Source: Gammaproteobacteria bacterium (GTDB taxonomy: Bacteria; Pseudomonadota; Gammaproteobacteria; CBDBNL01; JAAOII01). From it: 64,000 nucleotides of DNA. Below are positions 1 through 10,117 of the stretch, piece after piece. A model generated the notes under the pieces. The model searched no databases. It had not been told where the DNA came from and saw only the letters and a program-made list of their open reading frames with translations. Location of the stretch: contig OZ242372.1 of assembly GCA_965209035.1 (NCBI GenBank), positions 2,080,001 to 2,144,000 of the forward strand. Reading direction: 5' to 3'. Position 1 is the first letter of the stretch, and each line of letters begins with the position of its first letter. The translations under genes and the position numbers were made by a program.

Positions 1-149
1 TTTAAAGGATATGCCGGCATTCAATGCCAAGTTCATCGCATGGCTGGCTTGGTATCATCGCGAACATCCCCATTATGCTCTCAAACAACTCTCGCCGATC
101 CGGTTTTTACAAAAATAAAAAAGTCCGAAAATAGGTAGGATTATATGCA
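1..149 (+). mobile_element. Decayed right end (transposase 3' end + IRR) of the IS481-family element; runs off window start
   Basis: Near-identical to 4440-4588 and similar to the reverse complement of 11880-12030 (…KDMPAFNAK…WLAWY…PHYALKQLSP region, ending aagtccgaaaataggtaggattatatgca). Confidence 0.9.
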
Positions 150-167
150 TGCAAACTTGTAAATCGG

Positions 168-176
168 TGTTATAAT
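168..176 (+). promoter_or_regulatory. Extended -10 box (TGtTATAAT) for lipoprotein gene 225
   Basis: Perfect TGnTATAAT ~50 bp upstream of ATG; identical copy upstream of 4664. Confidence 0.55.
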
Positions 177-224
177 GCTAACCTTATAAAAAAATTGTAT
201 AAACCAGTAACTCTTAAATAAAAA

Positions 225-2702
225 ATGATCAATAAACTTAACCTTTTATCAGTTCGGTCGGCGAAAGGAACAGCCGGCCAACTGTCCCGCCCGGCATTCG
301 CACGGGGTCTTAATAATGTTCCGAATACTTCAAAAGCTTTTTCAAAAGCTTTGATGTTGTTTGTTGGGCGAATTGCGTTGCCCTTAACGGCAGTTTCCAA
401 TGCTTTCCGGCGGATGAAACGGTCATCTCGTTTGGCTCGTTTAGGTCGTTTAGTGTGCACCGTTCTGCTGGCAGGCACATTCGGCTTGGTCCTTGCCGGT
501 TGTGGCGGAGGCGGCGGTTCCGGCGGCGGAGGCGGTGATCCTCGTGCTGTTGCCAAGATTGGAGTCAAGGCAGGTGAGGAGCATATTCTCGTGAGTTGGA
601 ACAACCCGGATCAGGCGAATATCACCGGGTTCAATATTACTTGGGTCAATGTTGGTAATGATGCCGATGTGAACGATAAGGGAATGAGGATCCTTACTGA
701 TGCTGATTTGCTGCAGCCCGGGAGTCGGGTGATGTACAACATTACGGGTCTAACCAATGGCAAACGCTATGAGATCAGGATTGCGGTGCTTTATGCGGAT
801 GGCACATCCTCGACCTTGGTTTCCGTTCAAGGCACGGCCGGGATGGATCCGGGTGACGGCGGTGATCCCAATTTTCCGGCTGTTTCCAATGTCCAAGTCA
901 TGGTCAGTGGAAATAATATTACCGTGAGTTGGACCAATCCGAGTCAGGATGGTCAGGAGGCTATCATCGGGTTCAATATTAATTGGATTAATGTGGATGA
1001 TAATGCCGATGCGAACGATAGAGGAATGGAACCATTTAATCCTCCCATGGCAAATGTTACAGCCGGTGCTTCGGTTACATATAAGATTCCGAATCTAAAC
1101 TATGACAACACCTACAAGATCACAGTTTCGGTGCGTTATGCGGGTCGTCAAGATCCCGTCCCTTCGACTGCGGTTGAAGGCAAAACCGGAATCAATCCGG
1201 ATATTGATGGTGATGGATTGTTGAATACGGATGATAATTGTCCGCTAGATAGGAATCCGGGGCAGGATGATAATGACACAGATGGGTCAGGCGATGCCTG
1301 TGATGATGACGATGACAATGATGGCACAAAAGACGCAGAGGATGCGTTTCGCACAGATGCATGTGCCAGTACCGACACGGATAAGGATGGCATGCCGGAT
1401 CGTTTGGTTGCCGGTTGTCAAAGTCCAACAGGCTTGACCGAAGACTCGGACGATGACAATGATGCTGTCCCGGATGAGACGGATGTGGATGACAATAATA
1501 ATAGTCTCATAGAAATTCGCAATTTGGATCAGTTAGCCCTACTGCGCGGCGATCTGAATGGCGATGGGGATGATGATGATGAGAATGACGGGATTACCGC
1601 GGTGGGCACTGTGGGTTGTCCGAGTTCCGGCTGTGCCGGTTACGAACTGACCCGCTCGCTCAATTTTAGCGATGCGGATTCCTATAACGGAAGCAGTGTT
1701 AATATGGACGACTGGACGGATCGCGATGGCAGCGGCTGGGTGCCGATTGGCTCCTGTGTTGCCGTTGATGATTGCACCCCTTATACGGGAATCTTTGATG
1801 GCAGGGATTATGCTCTTGCCGATCTGTTCATTGCTGCGGAGGCTACCGACAATGGAGTGGGCTTATTTAGTGCGTTCAATGGTAGTCTTCAAAATCTGCA
1901 TCTCCGGGATGTGAGTGTCAGTGGCGGTGCCAGTGATGTGGGTCTGCTGGTAGGCCATGGAAGGAATGCCCGTTATGTAAATCTGTTGGTTACTGGTGGC
2001 AGTGTGGTGAGTCCGGGATCCGACGTGGGCGGACTGGTTGGAGATGCGGATAGTGCGGAGATTCGCTATGCCGGTATATCCGATGTAGATGTTTCCGCGG
2101 GGGGAAATACTGTAGGCGGACTGGCTGGATCTGGGGAGATGATGGATATTCGCTATGCTTATGCATCCGACGGAAATATTTCCGGAGGCGCTCGTGTTGG
2201 CGAACTGGTTGGAGATGCTGATAATGCTGATATTCGCTATGTTTATGCGTCCGGCGGAAGTGTTGCAGGCAGCAGTGGTATTGGCGGACTGATTGGAGAT
2301 ATATCGAGCACTCAAATTCATGTTTCTTATTCCGCCACCGGATCTGTTTCAGGAGCTGGAATTGCTAGTGGCTTGTTCGGTATTTCCGATTCAGAAACCT
2401 TCGTCAATGTTTCCTATTGGGATACTCAGACCACCGGGCATTTAACCAATGACGGTAATTTTGGTGTGGGCTATACCACAACAGAATTGCAATCACCGAC
2501 CGATTTTACTACCGCCGGCGCGGATGGTTCGGACAATATCTATGCCGACTGGGACGGCATCTGGTGTCATCCGGACACGGGTGAAGTGATGGAAGTGGAT
2601 GATCAACCGGCCGGATTCTTAAGTGTTTGGGATCTTGGTAACGAGATGCAATACCCGGCTCTGAACTGCATGCCGGGCGGCCTCTCGGCACAGGGAAGAT
2701 AA
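225..2702 (+). CDS. Surface lipoprotein: two FN3-like domains, Asp-rich (TSP3-like) Ca-binding repeats, GLUG-like beta-helix domain
   Basis: 825-aa ORF; lipobox LVLAG-C followed by Gly linker; VSWxNP…YxITGLxxxxxY FN3-like motifs twice; DxDxDGxxxxxDNCP repeats; repeated VGGLVG. True start may be MKRSS at 414. Confidence 0.8.
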   Translation: MINKLNLLSVRSAKGTAGQLSRPAFARGLNNVPNTSKAFSKALMLFVGRIALPLTAVSNAFRRMKRSSRLARLGRLVCTVLLAGTFGLVLAGCGGGGGSGGGGGDPRAVAKIGVKAGEEHILVSWNNPDQANITGFNITWVNVGNDADVNDKGMRILTDADLLQPGSRVMYNITGLTNGKRYEIRIAVLYADGTSSTLVSVQGTAGMDPGDGGDPNFPAVSNVQVMVSGNNITVSWTNPSQDGQEAIIGFNINWINVDDNADANDRGMEPFNPPMANVTAGASVTYKIPNLNYDNTYKITVSVRYAGRQDPVPSTAVEGKTGINPDIDGDGLLNTDDNCPLDRNPGQDDNDTDGSGDACDDDDDNDGTKDAEDAFRTDACASTDTDKDGMPDRLVAGCQSPTGLTEDSDDDNDAVPDETDVDDNNNSLIEIRNLDQLALLRGDLNGDGDDDDENDGITAVGTVGCPSSGCAGYELTRSLNFSDADSYNGSSVNMDDWTDRDGSGWVPIGSCVAVDDCTPYTGIFDGRDYALADLFIAAEATDNGVGLFSAFNGSLQNLHLRDVSVSGGASDVGLLVGHGRNARYVNLLVTGGSVVSPGSDVGGLVGDADSAEIRYAGISDVDVSAGGNTVGGLAGSGEMMDIRYAYASDGNISGGARVGELVGDADNADIRYVYASGGSVAGSSGIGGLIGDISSTQIHVSYSATGSVSGAGIASGLFGISDSETFVNVSYWDTQTTGHLTNDGNFGVGYTTTELQSPTDFTTAGADGSDNIYADWDGIWCHPDTGEVMEVDDQPAGFLSVWDLGNEMQYPALNCMPGGLSAQGR

Positions 2703-2762
2703 GCAGATAAGCAAGTAAGCGAGAAGGCAAAGCGGACAAGCAAAAGCAAGAAGCAGACCGAA

Positions 2763-2796
2763 ATCTCGTTTGGCTGCTTCGGCGAGCCAAACAGAT
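2763..2796 (+). repeat. cUUCGg-capped hairpin downstream of lipoprotein gene (copy 1)
   Basis: gtttggct-gc-TTCG-gc-g-agccaaac stem; same hairpin at 7384-7416; no U-tract. Confidence 0.65.
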
Positions 2797-3093
2797 CGTT
2801 TTGGCGGCGATGCAGTGTCTATGCAGCAGCTGTGAAACGAAGATGAAGCGTCTGTGAAGCGTCTATGCATCTTCTGTGAAACGAAGACGAGTGTGCGGCC
2901 AAGAGTGCATCTTTAACAAGCGCCGATTTTTCTACAAGTTAAACCCCGCAATCGGGCGCGGCTGGGACGGATACGGTGGGACGGCAAGGCAAGTCCGCCG
3001 GCTGTGTTTCTGATGCCGGTGAGATCGCGAATGAGCATCCTATCCTTTTCATCTCTTTTTCTTTTTTTACGGATGCCCGTATCCGCTTATTCT

Positions 3094-3102
3094 TGTTATA
3101 AT
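3094..3102 (+). promoter_or_regulatory. Extended -10 box upstream of accD (second copy at 7710-7718)
   Basis: TGtTATAAT conserved in both duplicated copies. Confidence 0.5.
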
Positions 3103-3139
3103 GTATCTATTAAATGTATCTATCTAAAAGATTTGTTCT

Positions 3140-3844
3140 ATGAGTTGGCTAAATAAGATTGTTTCCGGGGTTTCCGGCACGGAGTCCCGTAAAAAGGAAG
3201 TTCCGCAGGGTCTTTGGCAGAGGTGCACCTCGTGCAGTGCGGTTCTTTACAAACCCGAATTGGAAAAGAATCTGAATGTTTGCGGTAAGTGTGATTTTCA
3301 TATGCCGTTGCCCGCCGGTAAGCGATTGGACTTTTTCCTGGATAAGGGCGAAAGAATCAAACTGGGCGAAAAAATTCTGCCTGCGGATCCGTTGCGCTTT
3401 AAGGATAGCAAGCGATATAAAGACCGTTTGACACAGGCACGCACGGACAGCGGCGAAGATGAGGCCCTGTTGGTGATGGAGGGCACATTGGAAACGCGTC
3501 CCGTGGTTGCCGCCGCATTTGAGTTTAAATTCATGGGAGGGTCTATGGGTTCGGCGGTGGGACAACGATTTGTGGCGGGAGTCGAAGTCTGTTTGAAAAA
3601 ACGAATCCCCTATATTTGCTTTTCCGCCAGCGGCGGGGCGCGCATGCAAGAAGGATTAATTTCGCTGTTTCAAATGTCCAAAACCAGTGCCGCTCTCGCC
3701 AGACTTGCCGAGGAGAAGATTCCTTATGTTTCCGTGATGACCCATCCGACCTATGGCGGTGTCAGTGCCAGTTTGGCCCTGCTGGGTGATATTAATATAG
3801 CCGAACCGCGCTTGACTTATCAGCAGCTCATCGGGAGGCGGTAG
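3140..3844 (+). pseudogene. accD: 3'-truncated duplicate of accD (first 224 codons) fused to a foreign 10-aa tail
   Basis: Protein identical to 7742-8602 through …NIAEPR, homology ends at 3812, then [10 protein letters not shown]; lacks the GFAGKRVI C-terminal region. Confidence 0.9.
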
Positions 3845-4169
3845 GTGAGCAGATGAGAAAGAAAGTGGCTGCAGCCGCCTCGCTAGCATGGTGTTTATCA
3901 GGATTGGAGTTTGAGGCAACACGATGAAGAAGACCCATTCAAAAGAAGATCCTCGGTGCAAGATCAAGTTGCAAGAGTTTGAGGAATTTTTCAGGCATCT
4001 GGCGAGTGCCAAGAAGTCCAAGACGTTAAAGGGTCAAGCGGGTTATGATCCTACCAAGAAAGAATTGGCACAGAGGTTTCAATATGATCCTAAAACAAAA
4101 AAAATTAATTTAATCGAAGAATGATCCGTACTTTCTTATTTTTTATGGGTAATCAAGTATATAATTCCC
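3813..4169 (+). mobile_element. Right-end remnant of a probable IS1595-family (ISNwi1-like) element
   Basis: RLTYQQLI* resembles the RLTYxxL C-terminus of IS1595 transposases; ends …tcaagtatataattccc, whose reverse complement GGGAATTAT fits the ggnnatTAT end of that group (from recall). Confidence 0.55.
3924..4124 (+). CDS. Small hypothetical protein, possible IS passenger
   Basis: 66-aa Lys-rich ORF with GAGG 8-11 nt upstream, inside the IS1595-like remnant. Confidence 0.45.
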   Translation: MKKTHSKEDPRCKIKLQEFEEFFRHLASAKKSKTLKGQAGYDPTKKELAQRFQYDPKTKKINLIEE

Positions 4170-4194
4170 CTTTTTTAATCTAAAAAATTCTATC

Positions 4195-4588
4195 GGCGAC
4201 CCGGTTCTTGCAAAAATACCAAAAGTCCGAAAATGGGTGGGATTATACACGCTCATCCGCATCATCGGTGGCCGCCGCATTCCATCGGGTCGTGACAGCA
4301 AACGGCAGCACCCACTGGCATACCCATACTATTTTATTTTTGGGGAAACCACAAATGAATGCACACTGTGAACGATTCAATCGCACTCCTTAAAAATATC
4401 TCGGGGGAAGAGTTCGGTTGTCATATGCGACATCTCCTATTTAAAGGATATGCCGGCATTCAACGCCAAGTTCATCGCATGGCTGGCTTGGTATCATCGC
4501 GAACATCCCCATTATGCTCTCAAACAACTCTCGCCGATCCGGTTTTTACAAAAATAAAAAAGTCCGAAAATAGGTAGGATTATATGCA
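4195..4588 (+). mobile_element. Two stacked IS481 right-end remnants (short IRR ending 4249; internally deleted transposase fragment + IRR ending ~4588)
   Basis: Encodes fragments FHRVVTANGSTHW, KPQMNAHCERFNRT, EEFGCHMRHLL matching the intact transposase, with deletions, insertions and frameshifts. Confidence 0.9.
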
Positions 4589-4663
4589 TGCAAACTTGTA
4601 AATCGGTGTTATAATGCTAACCTTATAAAAAAATTGTATAAACCAGTAACTCTTAAATAAAAA

Positions 4664-7336
4664 ATGATCAATAAACTTAACCTTTTATCAGTTCGGTCGG
4701 CGAAAGGAACAGCCGGCCAACTGTCCCGCCCGGCATGTGCACAGGGCATTCATCATTCTGTCCCAAATGTTTATCCTTTAATAAGGCTATTTACCGGGCG
4801 GATTATATCGCCGCTAACTGCGGTCTTTTTTAATGCTAATGCCGGCCTGCGGATGAAACGGCCGTCTCGCCCGTCTCGCCCGTCTCGTTTATCTCGTTTA
4901 ATATGCACCGTTCTGCTGACAGGACTATTCGGTTTGGTCCTGGCAGGTTGTGCTGGCGGTGGTGGCGGCAGTGGCGGCGGCAACTCTATTTCTTCCAACA
5001 TCTCGGTTGTCTCGAACATTCAAACCCTGGTCGGCGAGGATCATATTCTCGTGGGTTGGACCAATCCGGCTGAGGAGAATATTACGGGGTTTAATATTGT
5101 TTGGTTCAATGTTGCCAATGTGAGTGATGGCGACATGGCGGAACTTAATGCTACCGGCGCGGATGTTTTGCAAGGTGCCCGTGTGATATACAACATTACG
5201 GGTTTAACCAATCAAATCACCTATAACATCACGATTGCGGTACTTTATGAGAACGGCGATGTCGGGCTGTCATCTTCTGTGGGTAGCAGGGCCGGAGCGG
5301 ATGCGGGTGTGGGTACGGATATTGATCTTGATGGTACTAATAATGACGACGATGCGTTTCCGACGAATGCCTGTGCGAGCACCGATACGGATAATGATGG
5401 TGATCCGGATAGTGTGGTTGCCGGTTGTCAAACAGACTTGACGGCGGACCCGGACGATGACAATGACGGTGTGAATGATCTTGCCGACGACGGAATGAGT
5501 CCGTTAGATGCATGTCCGCGCGGCGATACAGGCTGGACTTCCGATACAACGACGGACCATGACAACGACGGCTGTCGCGATGACAGCAACGAGGATTTGG
5601 ACGATGACAATGACGGTGTGAATGATCTTGTGGATCTTTGCCGGCGGGGGGAAACGAGCTGGAAATCCAATAGGATGACGGATAATGACGGTGACGGTTG
5701 TCGTGATGCCGATGAGGATCCGGATGATGACAATGACGGCACAGAGGACACGGCGGATGTGGATGACAATAATAATAGCCTGATAGAGATTTACACTTTG
5801 GATGACTTGGTGCGGCTACGCGATGATCTGGATGGCAATGGGGTGGATGATGGCAATAACGGCACCATTACCGCTGTGGGTTCTGTGGGTTGCCCGGTCC
5901 CAGATGGCTGTGCCGGTTACGAACTGACCCGCTCGTTGAATTTTAGCGATGCGGATTCCTATAACGGAAGCAGTGTTAATATGGACGACTGGACGGATCC
6001 TGCCGGCAGTGGCTGGGTGCCGATTGGCGAATGTTCTGATACGAATACTTGCAACGCCCGTTATACGGCAACCTTTGACGGCGGCGGTTATCATATTGCC
6101 GATCTGTTCATCTCTGCGGCTGATGATGCGATTGGAGTGGGGTTATTTGCCTCTTTACAAGATGGTAGCATTCAAAATTTGCGTCTCTTGAATGCGAATG
6201 TTAGCGGTGGTGCCGCTAATGTGGGTCTGCTCGCGGGCTTTAGCGGCTCGGCTCGTTATGAAAATCTGTCGGTGATTGGGGGAACGGTAACGAGTCCGCT
6301 GCGGAATCGAGTGGGCGGGATGATCGGTTACGCGGAGAGCGTGAGCGCGAGCGGGTCGCACGTTGAGATTCGTAATTCCTATGTATCCGATATTGTTGTT
6401 TCCGGTAATGCTCAAGTCGGCGGTCTGATTGGTCAAGTCGGCGATATGGCTGGTCAAGTGGACGAGGCTACGATTCGTACTGTGTCTGTGTTCAATGTCA
6501 CTGTTACCGGTCGGGGGGCGGGGGTCGGCGGTCTGATTGGTCAGGCGGACGAGGCTACGATTCGTGCTGTATCCGTGTTCAATGTCAATGTCAATGTCAC
6601 TGTTACCGGTGCCGTTCGGGGGGTCGGTGGCCTGGTCGGAGTGGTGGATGCTGCTATGATTCGTGCTGTGTCCGTATTCGGTGGCACTGTTACCGGTAAT
6701 AATAATGTCGGCGGCATGATCGGTGACAGACCGGATGGTGGAAGCATTCCTGGCGGCACTCCAAATTTGGAGCCTGTTGAGATTCATCATTCCTATGTGT
6801 CCGGCGTAGATGTTTCCGGTGATAATCAAGTCGGCGGTTTGATTGGCAGAGGAGATATTAGTACTATTAATCATTCCTATGTGGTCGGCGGCACTGTTGA
6901 CGGTAGTAATAAGATCGGTGGTCTGGTTGGCGCTGGCGGGCCCGATATTCGTTATTCCTATGCGGCTACTCCTGTCTCGGGCAGCGGGAATGTCGGCGGG
7001 TTACTTGGTTCCAATGAGACACTTAGCACTTTCACACCAACGGTTATCGCCTCCTATTGGGATAATGAAATCACGGGACAGCCAACCAGTGTGGGCGGTG
7101 GAATGGGCCTGACCACCAACGCTCTGCAAAGCCCGACTACTTTCACAGGCATCTATGCCGATTGGGATAATTTTTGGTGTGATCCGAGGACGGGCGAAGT
7201 GAGAGAGGATTCTACTACTGACGGTCTGGGTGCCCCCTTTGTCCCTGTCTGGGATCTGGGCGAGACAGGCCAATACCCCGTTCTGAACTGTCTTTCTGTC
7301 AGCGTAGAAGATCAACAGCAACAGCAGCGGCAGTAG
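4664..7336 (+). CDS. Surface lipoprotein paralog: one FN3-like domain, expanded Asp-rich repeats, GLUG-like domain
   Basis: 890-aa ORF; lipobox LVLAG-C; DxDNDGCRD repeats; VGGLIG repeats; first 25 aa identical to gene 225. Confidence 0.8.
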   Translation: MINKLNLLSVRSAKGTAGQLSRPACAQGIHHSVPNVYPLIRLFTGRIISPLTAVFFNANAGLRMKRPSRPSRPSRLSRLICTVLLTGLFGLVLAGCAGGGGGSGGGNSISSNISVVSNIQTLVGEDHILVGWTNPAEENITGFNIVWFNVANVSDGDMAELNATGADVLQGARVIYNITGLTNQITYNITIAVLYENGDVGLSSSVGSRAGADAGVGTDIDLDGTNNDDDAFPTNACASTDTDNDGDPDSVVAGCQTDLTADPDDDNDGVNDLADDGMSPLDACPRGDTGWTSDTTTDHDNDGCRDDSNEDLDDDNDGVNDLVDLCRRGETSWKSNRMTDNDGDGCRDADEDPDDDNDGTEDTADVDDNNNSLIEIYTLDDLVRLRDDLDGNGVDDGNNGTITAVGSVGCPVPDGCAGYELTRSLNFSDADSYNGSSVNMDDWTDPAGSGWVPIGECSDTNTCNARYTATFDGGGYHIADLFISAADDAIGVGLFASLQDGSIQNLRLLNANVSGGAANVGLLAGFSGSARYENLSVIGGTVTSPLRNRVGGMIGYAESVSASGSHVEIRNSYVSDIVVSGNAQVGGLIGQVGDMAGQVDEATIRTVSVFNVTVTGRGAGVGGLIGQADEATIRAVSVFNVNVNVTVTGAVRGVGGLVGVVDAAMIRAVSVFGGTVTGNNNVGGMIGDRPDGGSIPGGTPNLEPVEIHHSYVSGVDVSGDNQVGGLIGRGDISTINHSYVVGGTVDGSNKIGGLVGAGGPDIRYSYAATPVSGSGNVGGLLGSNETLSTFTPTVIASYWDNEITGQPTSVGGGMGLTTNALQSPTTFTGIYADWDNFWCDPRTGEVREDSTTDGLGAPFVPVWDLGETGQYPVLNCLSVSVEDQQQQQRQ

Positions 7337-7383
7337 ACTGTCAGCAGCGGGTAAGTAGAAACGGAATAAAAAAGCAGACCAGG

Positions 7384-7416
7384 TCTCGTTTGGCTGCTTC
7401 GGCGAGCCAAACAGAT
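7384..7416 (+). repeat. cUUCGg-capped hairpin (copy 2)
   Basis: Same stem-loop as 2763-2796. Confidence 0.65.
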
Positions 7417-7741
7417 CGCTTTGGCAGCGATGCAGCGGCTATGAAGATGCCGTGAAGCAGCAATGCAGTGTCTGTGAATCTTCTGTGAAACGGCGATGCG
7501 TGCGCGGCCAAGAGTGCATCTTTAACAAGTGCCGATTTTTCTACAACTTAAACTAAACCCCGCAATCGGGCGGGGCTGGGAAGGTAGGACAGTGGGACGG
7601 CAAGGCAAGCCGGCCGGCTGTGTTTCTGATGCCGGTGAGCTCGCGAATGGGCATCCTATCCTTTTCATCTCTTTTCTTTTTTTACGGATGCCCCTATTCC
7701 GTTTGTTCTTGTTATAATGAATTTATTGAAAGATTTGTTCG

Positions 7742-8602
7742 ATGAGTTGGCTAAATAAGATTGTTTCCGGGGTTTCCGGCACGGAGTCCCGTAAAAAGGA
7801 AGTCCCGCAGGGTCTTTGGCAGAGGTGCACCTCGTGCAGTGCGGTTCTTTACAAGCCCGAATTGGAAAAGAATCTGAATGTTTGCGGTAAGTGTGATTTT
7901 CATATGCCGTTGCCCGCCGGGAAGCGATTGGACTTTTTCCTGGACAAGGGCGAAAGAATCAAACTGGGCGAAAAAATTCTGCCTGCGGATCCGTTGCGCT
8001 TTAAGGATAGCAAGCGATATAAAGATCGCTTGACACAGGCACGTACGGATAGCGGCGAAGATGAGGCCCTGTTGGTGATGGAGGGCACATTGGAAACGCG
8101 TCCCGTGGTTGCCGCCGCATTTGAGTTTAAATTCATGGGAGGGTCTATGGGTTCGGCGGTGGGACAACGATTTGTGGCGGGAGTGGAAGTTTGTTTGAAA
8201 AAACGAATCCCCTATATTTGCTTTTCCGCCAGCGGCGGGGCGCGCATGCAAGAAGGATTAATTTCGCTGTTTCAAATGTCCAAAACCAGTGCCGCTCTCG
8301 CCAGACTTGCCGAGGAGAAGATTCCTTATGTTTCCGTGATGACCCATCCGACCTATGGCGGTGTCAGTGCCAGTTTGGCCCTGCTGGGTGATATTAATAT
8401 AGCCGAACCGCGCTCGGACATAGGTTTTGCCGGTAAGCGCGTGATCAAACAAACGGTCAAGCAGACACTGCCCGAGGGCTTTCAAACCAGTGAATTCCTG
8501 TTAGAACACGGCGCCTTGGATTTAATCGTGCAGCGGGATGAACTGCGAACAAAAATTGCCTCGCTTCTCAATATTCTTTATCCTCTCGCCAAAGCAGACT
8601 GA
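7742..8602 (+). CDS. accD: Acetyl-CoA carboxylase carboxyltransferase beta subunit
   Basis: LWxxCxxC…CxxC zinc finger, [24 protein letters not shown]; adjacent to folC. Confidence 0.97.
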   Translation: MSWLNKIVSGVSGTESRKKEVPQGLWQRCTSCSAVLYKPELEKNLNVCGKCDFHMPLPAGKRLDFFLDKGERIKLGEKILPADPLRFKDSKRYKDRLTQARTDSGEDEALLVMEGTLETRPVVAAAFEFKFMGGSMGSAVGQRFVAGVEVCLKKRIPYICFSASGGARMQEGLISLFQMSKTSAALARLAEEKIPYVSVMTHPTYGGVSASLALLGDINIAEPRSDIGFAGKRVIKQTVKQTLPEGFQTSEFLLEHGALDLIVQRDELRTKIASLLNILYPLAKAD

Positions 8603-8650
8603 GGTTCCGAACCGGTTACCGGTTTTGCCGTACATAGCAAAGATGCCCGG

Positions 8651-8720
8651 CTTCTTAAATGGCTTCTTGCAAGGGCTTCTTAAATAATTTCTTAAGCGGC
8701 TTCTTAAATGATATCTTAAA
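8651..8720. repeat. Degenerate short tandem repeat (gcttcttaa-like, ~6 units)
   Basis: cttcttaaat ggcttcttgc…gcttcttaaat…ttcttaag…gcttcttaaat. Confidence 0.6.
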
Positions 8721-8725
8721 TAGAT

Positions 8726-10117
8726 ATGCCACCAATGACCCCGGAAGCACCGGAAGCATACATTAAAGAACAGATAGCAAAGCAGGGGCTGTCTGCGGAA
8801 GATGTGTTGCTCGGGTTGGACCGGATATCGGCTGTCCTCGGACGCACGGAGATTCGCCCGCCGCCGTTTATTTTTACGATTGCGGGGACCAACGGGAAGG
8901 GAAGTTGTGCCAATCTTATTTATCAGGCACTATTGGTTGCGGGTTATCCGGCGGCATTTTTTTCTTCGCCGCATTTGTTGCGGTTTAACGAACGGGCGCA
9001 AATCAACGGCGAGGAAGCACATAACGAAGAATGGTTGGCTTCTCTGGAAAGAGTGCACCGTGCCAAACAAAAAGTCAAACTAACCTACTTTGAATATTGC
9101 ACTTTGGCCGCTTTGGATATCTTTTCTCGCAGGTCCGCGTTTCCTTGGGTTTTGGAGGTGGGTTTGGGCGGCCGTTTGGATGCGGTGAATGTTCTTGATA
9201 CAAACTGCGCGGTGATTACTTCCATCGACATAGACCATACGGACAGGCTGGGTAAGGACCGTGTGTCTATCGGGCACGAAAAAATGGGTATTGCGAGGAG
9301 AGGTGTGCCGTTGATATGCGGCGAGCCGTCTCCGCCGGCTGAAGTCATTAATGCCGCAGAGCAAGCGGGTGCGAAATTGTTGTGTGTTAATCGCGATTAC
9401 GGCGTTCGGGGCAAGGGCCTAACCGAGTGTTGTTTTGCGGAAGAGCCGATCGTCGAATACTATGCTTCTCGCCGCTTTGTCCGGGGTAACACCGATGACC
9501 CGCAAACCGATGCACTAAAAAGAGAGCCGGCGGTGTTGTGTGCCACAAACGAAGATCAGTTGGCGGTGAACCTGGCAACCGCTTGGCAGGCGTTGAATGT
9601 TTTTGACGACAAATGGGATGCGGATCTTGTCGCCGCGACCTGGCATAAAGCCCGATTAATCGGCAGGTGGCAAAAGATCCGTTTCGGTCAACATCTTTTG
9701 ATTTTGGATACGGGGCATAACCCGCAAGCGGCGCGCATCCTGGTGCATAGGCTGCAAGAAAAGATCTTTCCATATGCCCGGGCGGAAATTATCTTTGCGA
9801 TGCGCGCGGACAAAGACTGGCAAGAGTTTTTAAAAATCACCTCGCCTCATATTAAAGAATGGCATCTTTTCCCGCTGTTTATGCAAACCGACGAGGGTGC
9901 GCCCAAAGAAATCTCCGTTGCCAAAACTTCTTTGGAGAGAGCATTGAATCGTTTGCACGCCCGCACCCATTGGTACGATCATGCCAAGCAATTGCTACAA
10001 TCGCTTCGTCTCAGAAGTGAGCCGACTGTGTTTTGGGTTTGCGGTTCTTTTCACACATTGGGCGAAGTGATGCAACAATTACGGGAGGACACCCCGGCCG
10101 TCAAAGCGGTGTCTTGA
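8726..10117 (+). CDS. folC: Folylpolyglutamate/dihydrofolate synthase
   Basis: IAGTNGKGS, SPHLLRFNER, LEVGLGGRLDAVN, DTGHNP motifs; follows accD. Confidence 0.95.
   Translation: MPPMTPEAPEAYIKEQIAKQGLSAEDVLLGLDRISAVLGRTEIRPPPFIFTIAGTNGKGSCANLIYQALLVAGYPAAFFSSPHLLRFNERAQINGEEAHNEEWLASLERVHRAKQKVKLTYFEYCTLAALDIFSRRSAFPWVLEVGLGGRLDAVNVLDTNCAVITSIDIDHTDRLGKDRVSIGHEKMGIARRGVPLICGEPSPPAEVINAAEQAGAKLLCVNRDYGVRGKGLTECCFAEEPIVEYYASRRFVRGNTDDPQTDALKREPAVLCATNEDQLAVNLATAWQALNVFDDKWDADLVAATWHKARLIGRWQKIRFGQHLLILDTGHNPQAARILVHRLQEKIFPYARAEIIFAMRADKDWQEFLKITSPHIKEWHLFPLFMQTDEGAPKEISVAKTSLERALNRLHARTHWYDHAKQLLQSLRLRSEPTVFWVCGSFHTLGEVMQQLREDTPAVKAVS

Noticed and set aside
2763-7416. Hairpins after lipoprotein genes as integron attC sites with the 37446 recombinase as IntI
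   Set aside because: No RYYYAAC…GTTRRRY arrangement, the genes have their own promoters, and the recombinase is 30 kb away and not IntI-like.
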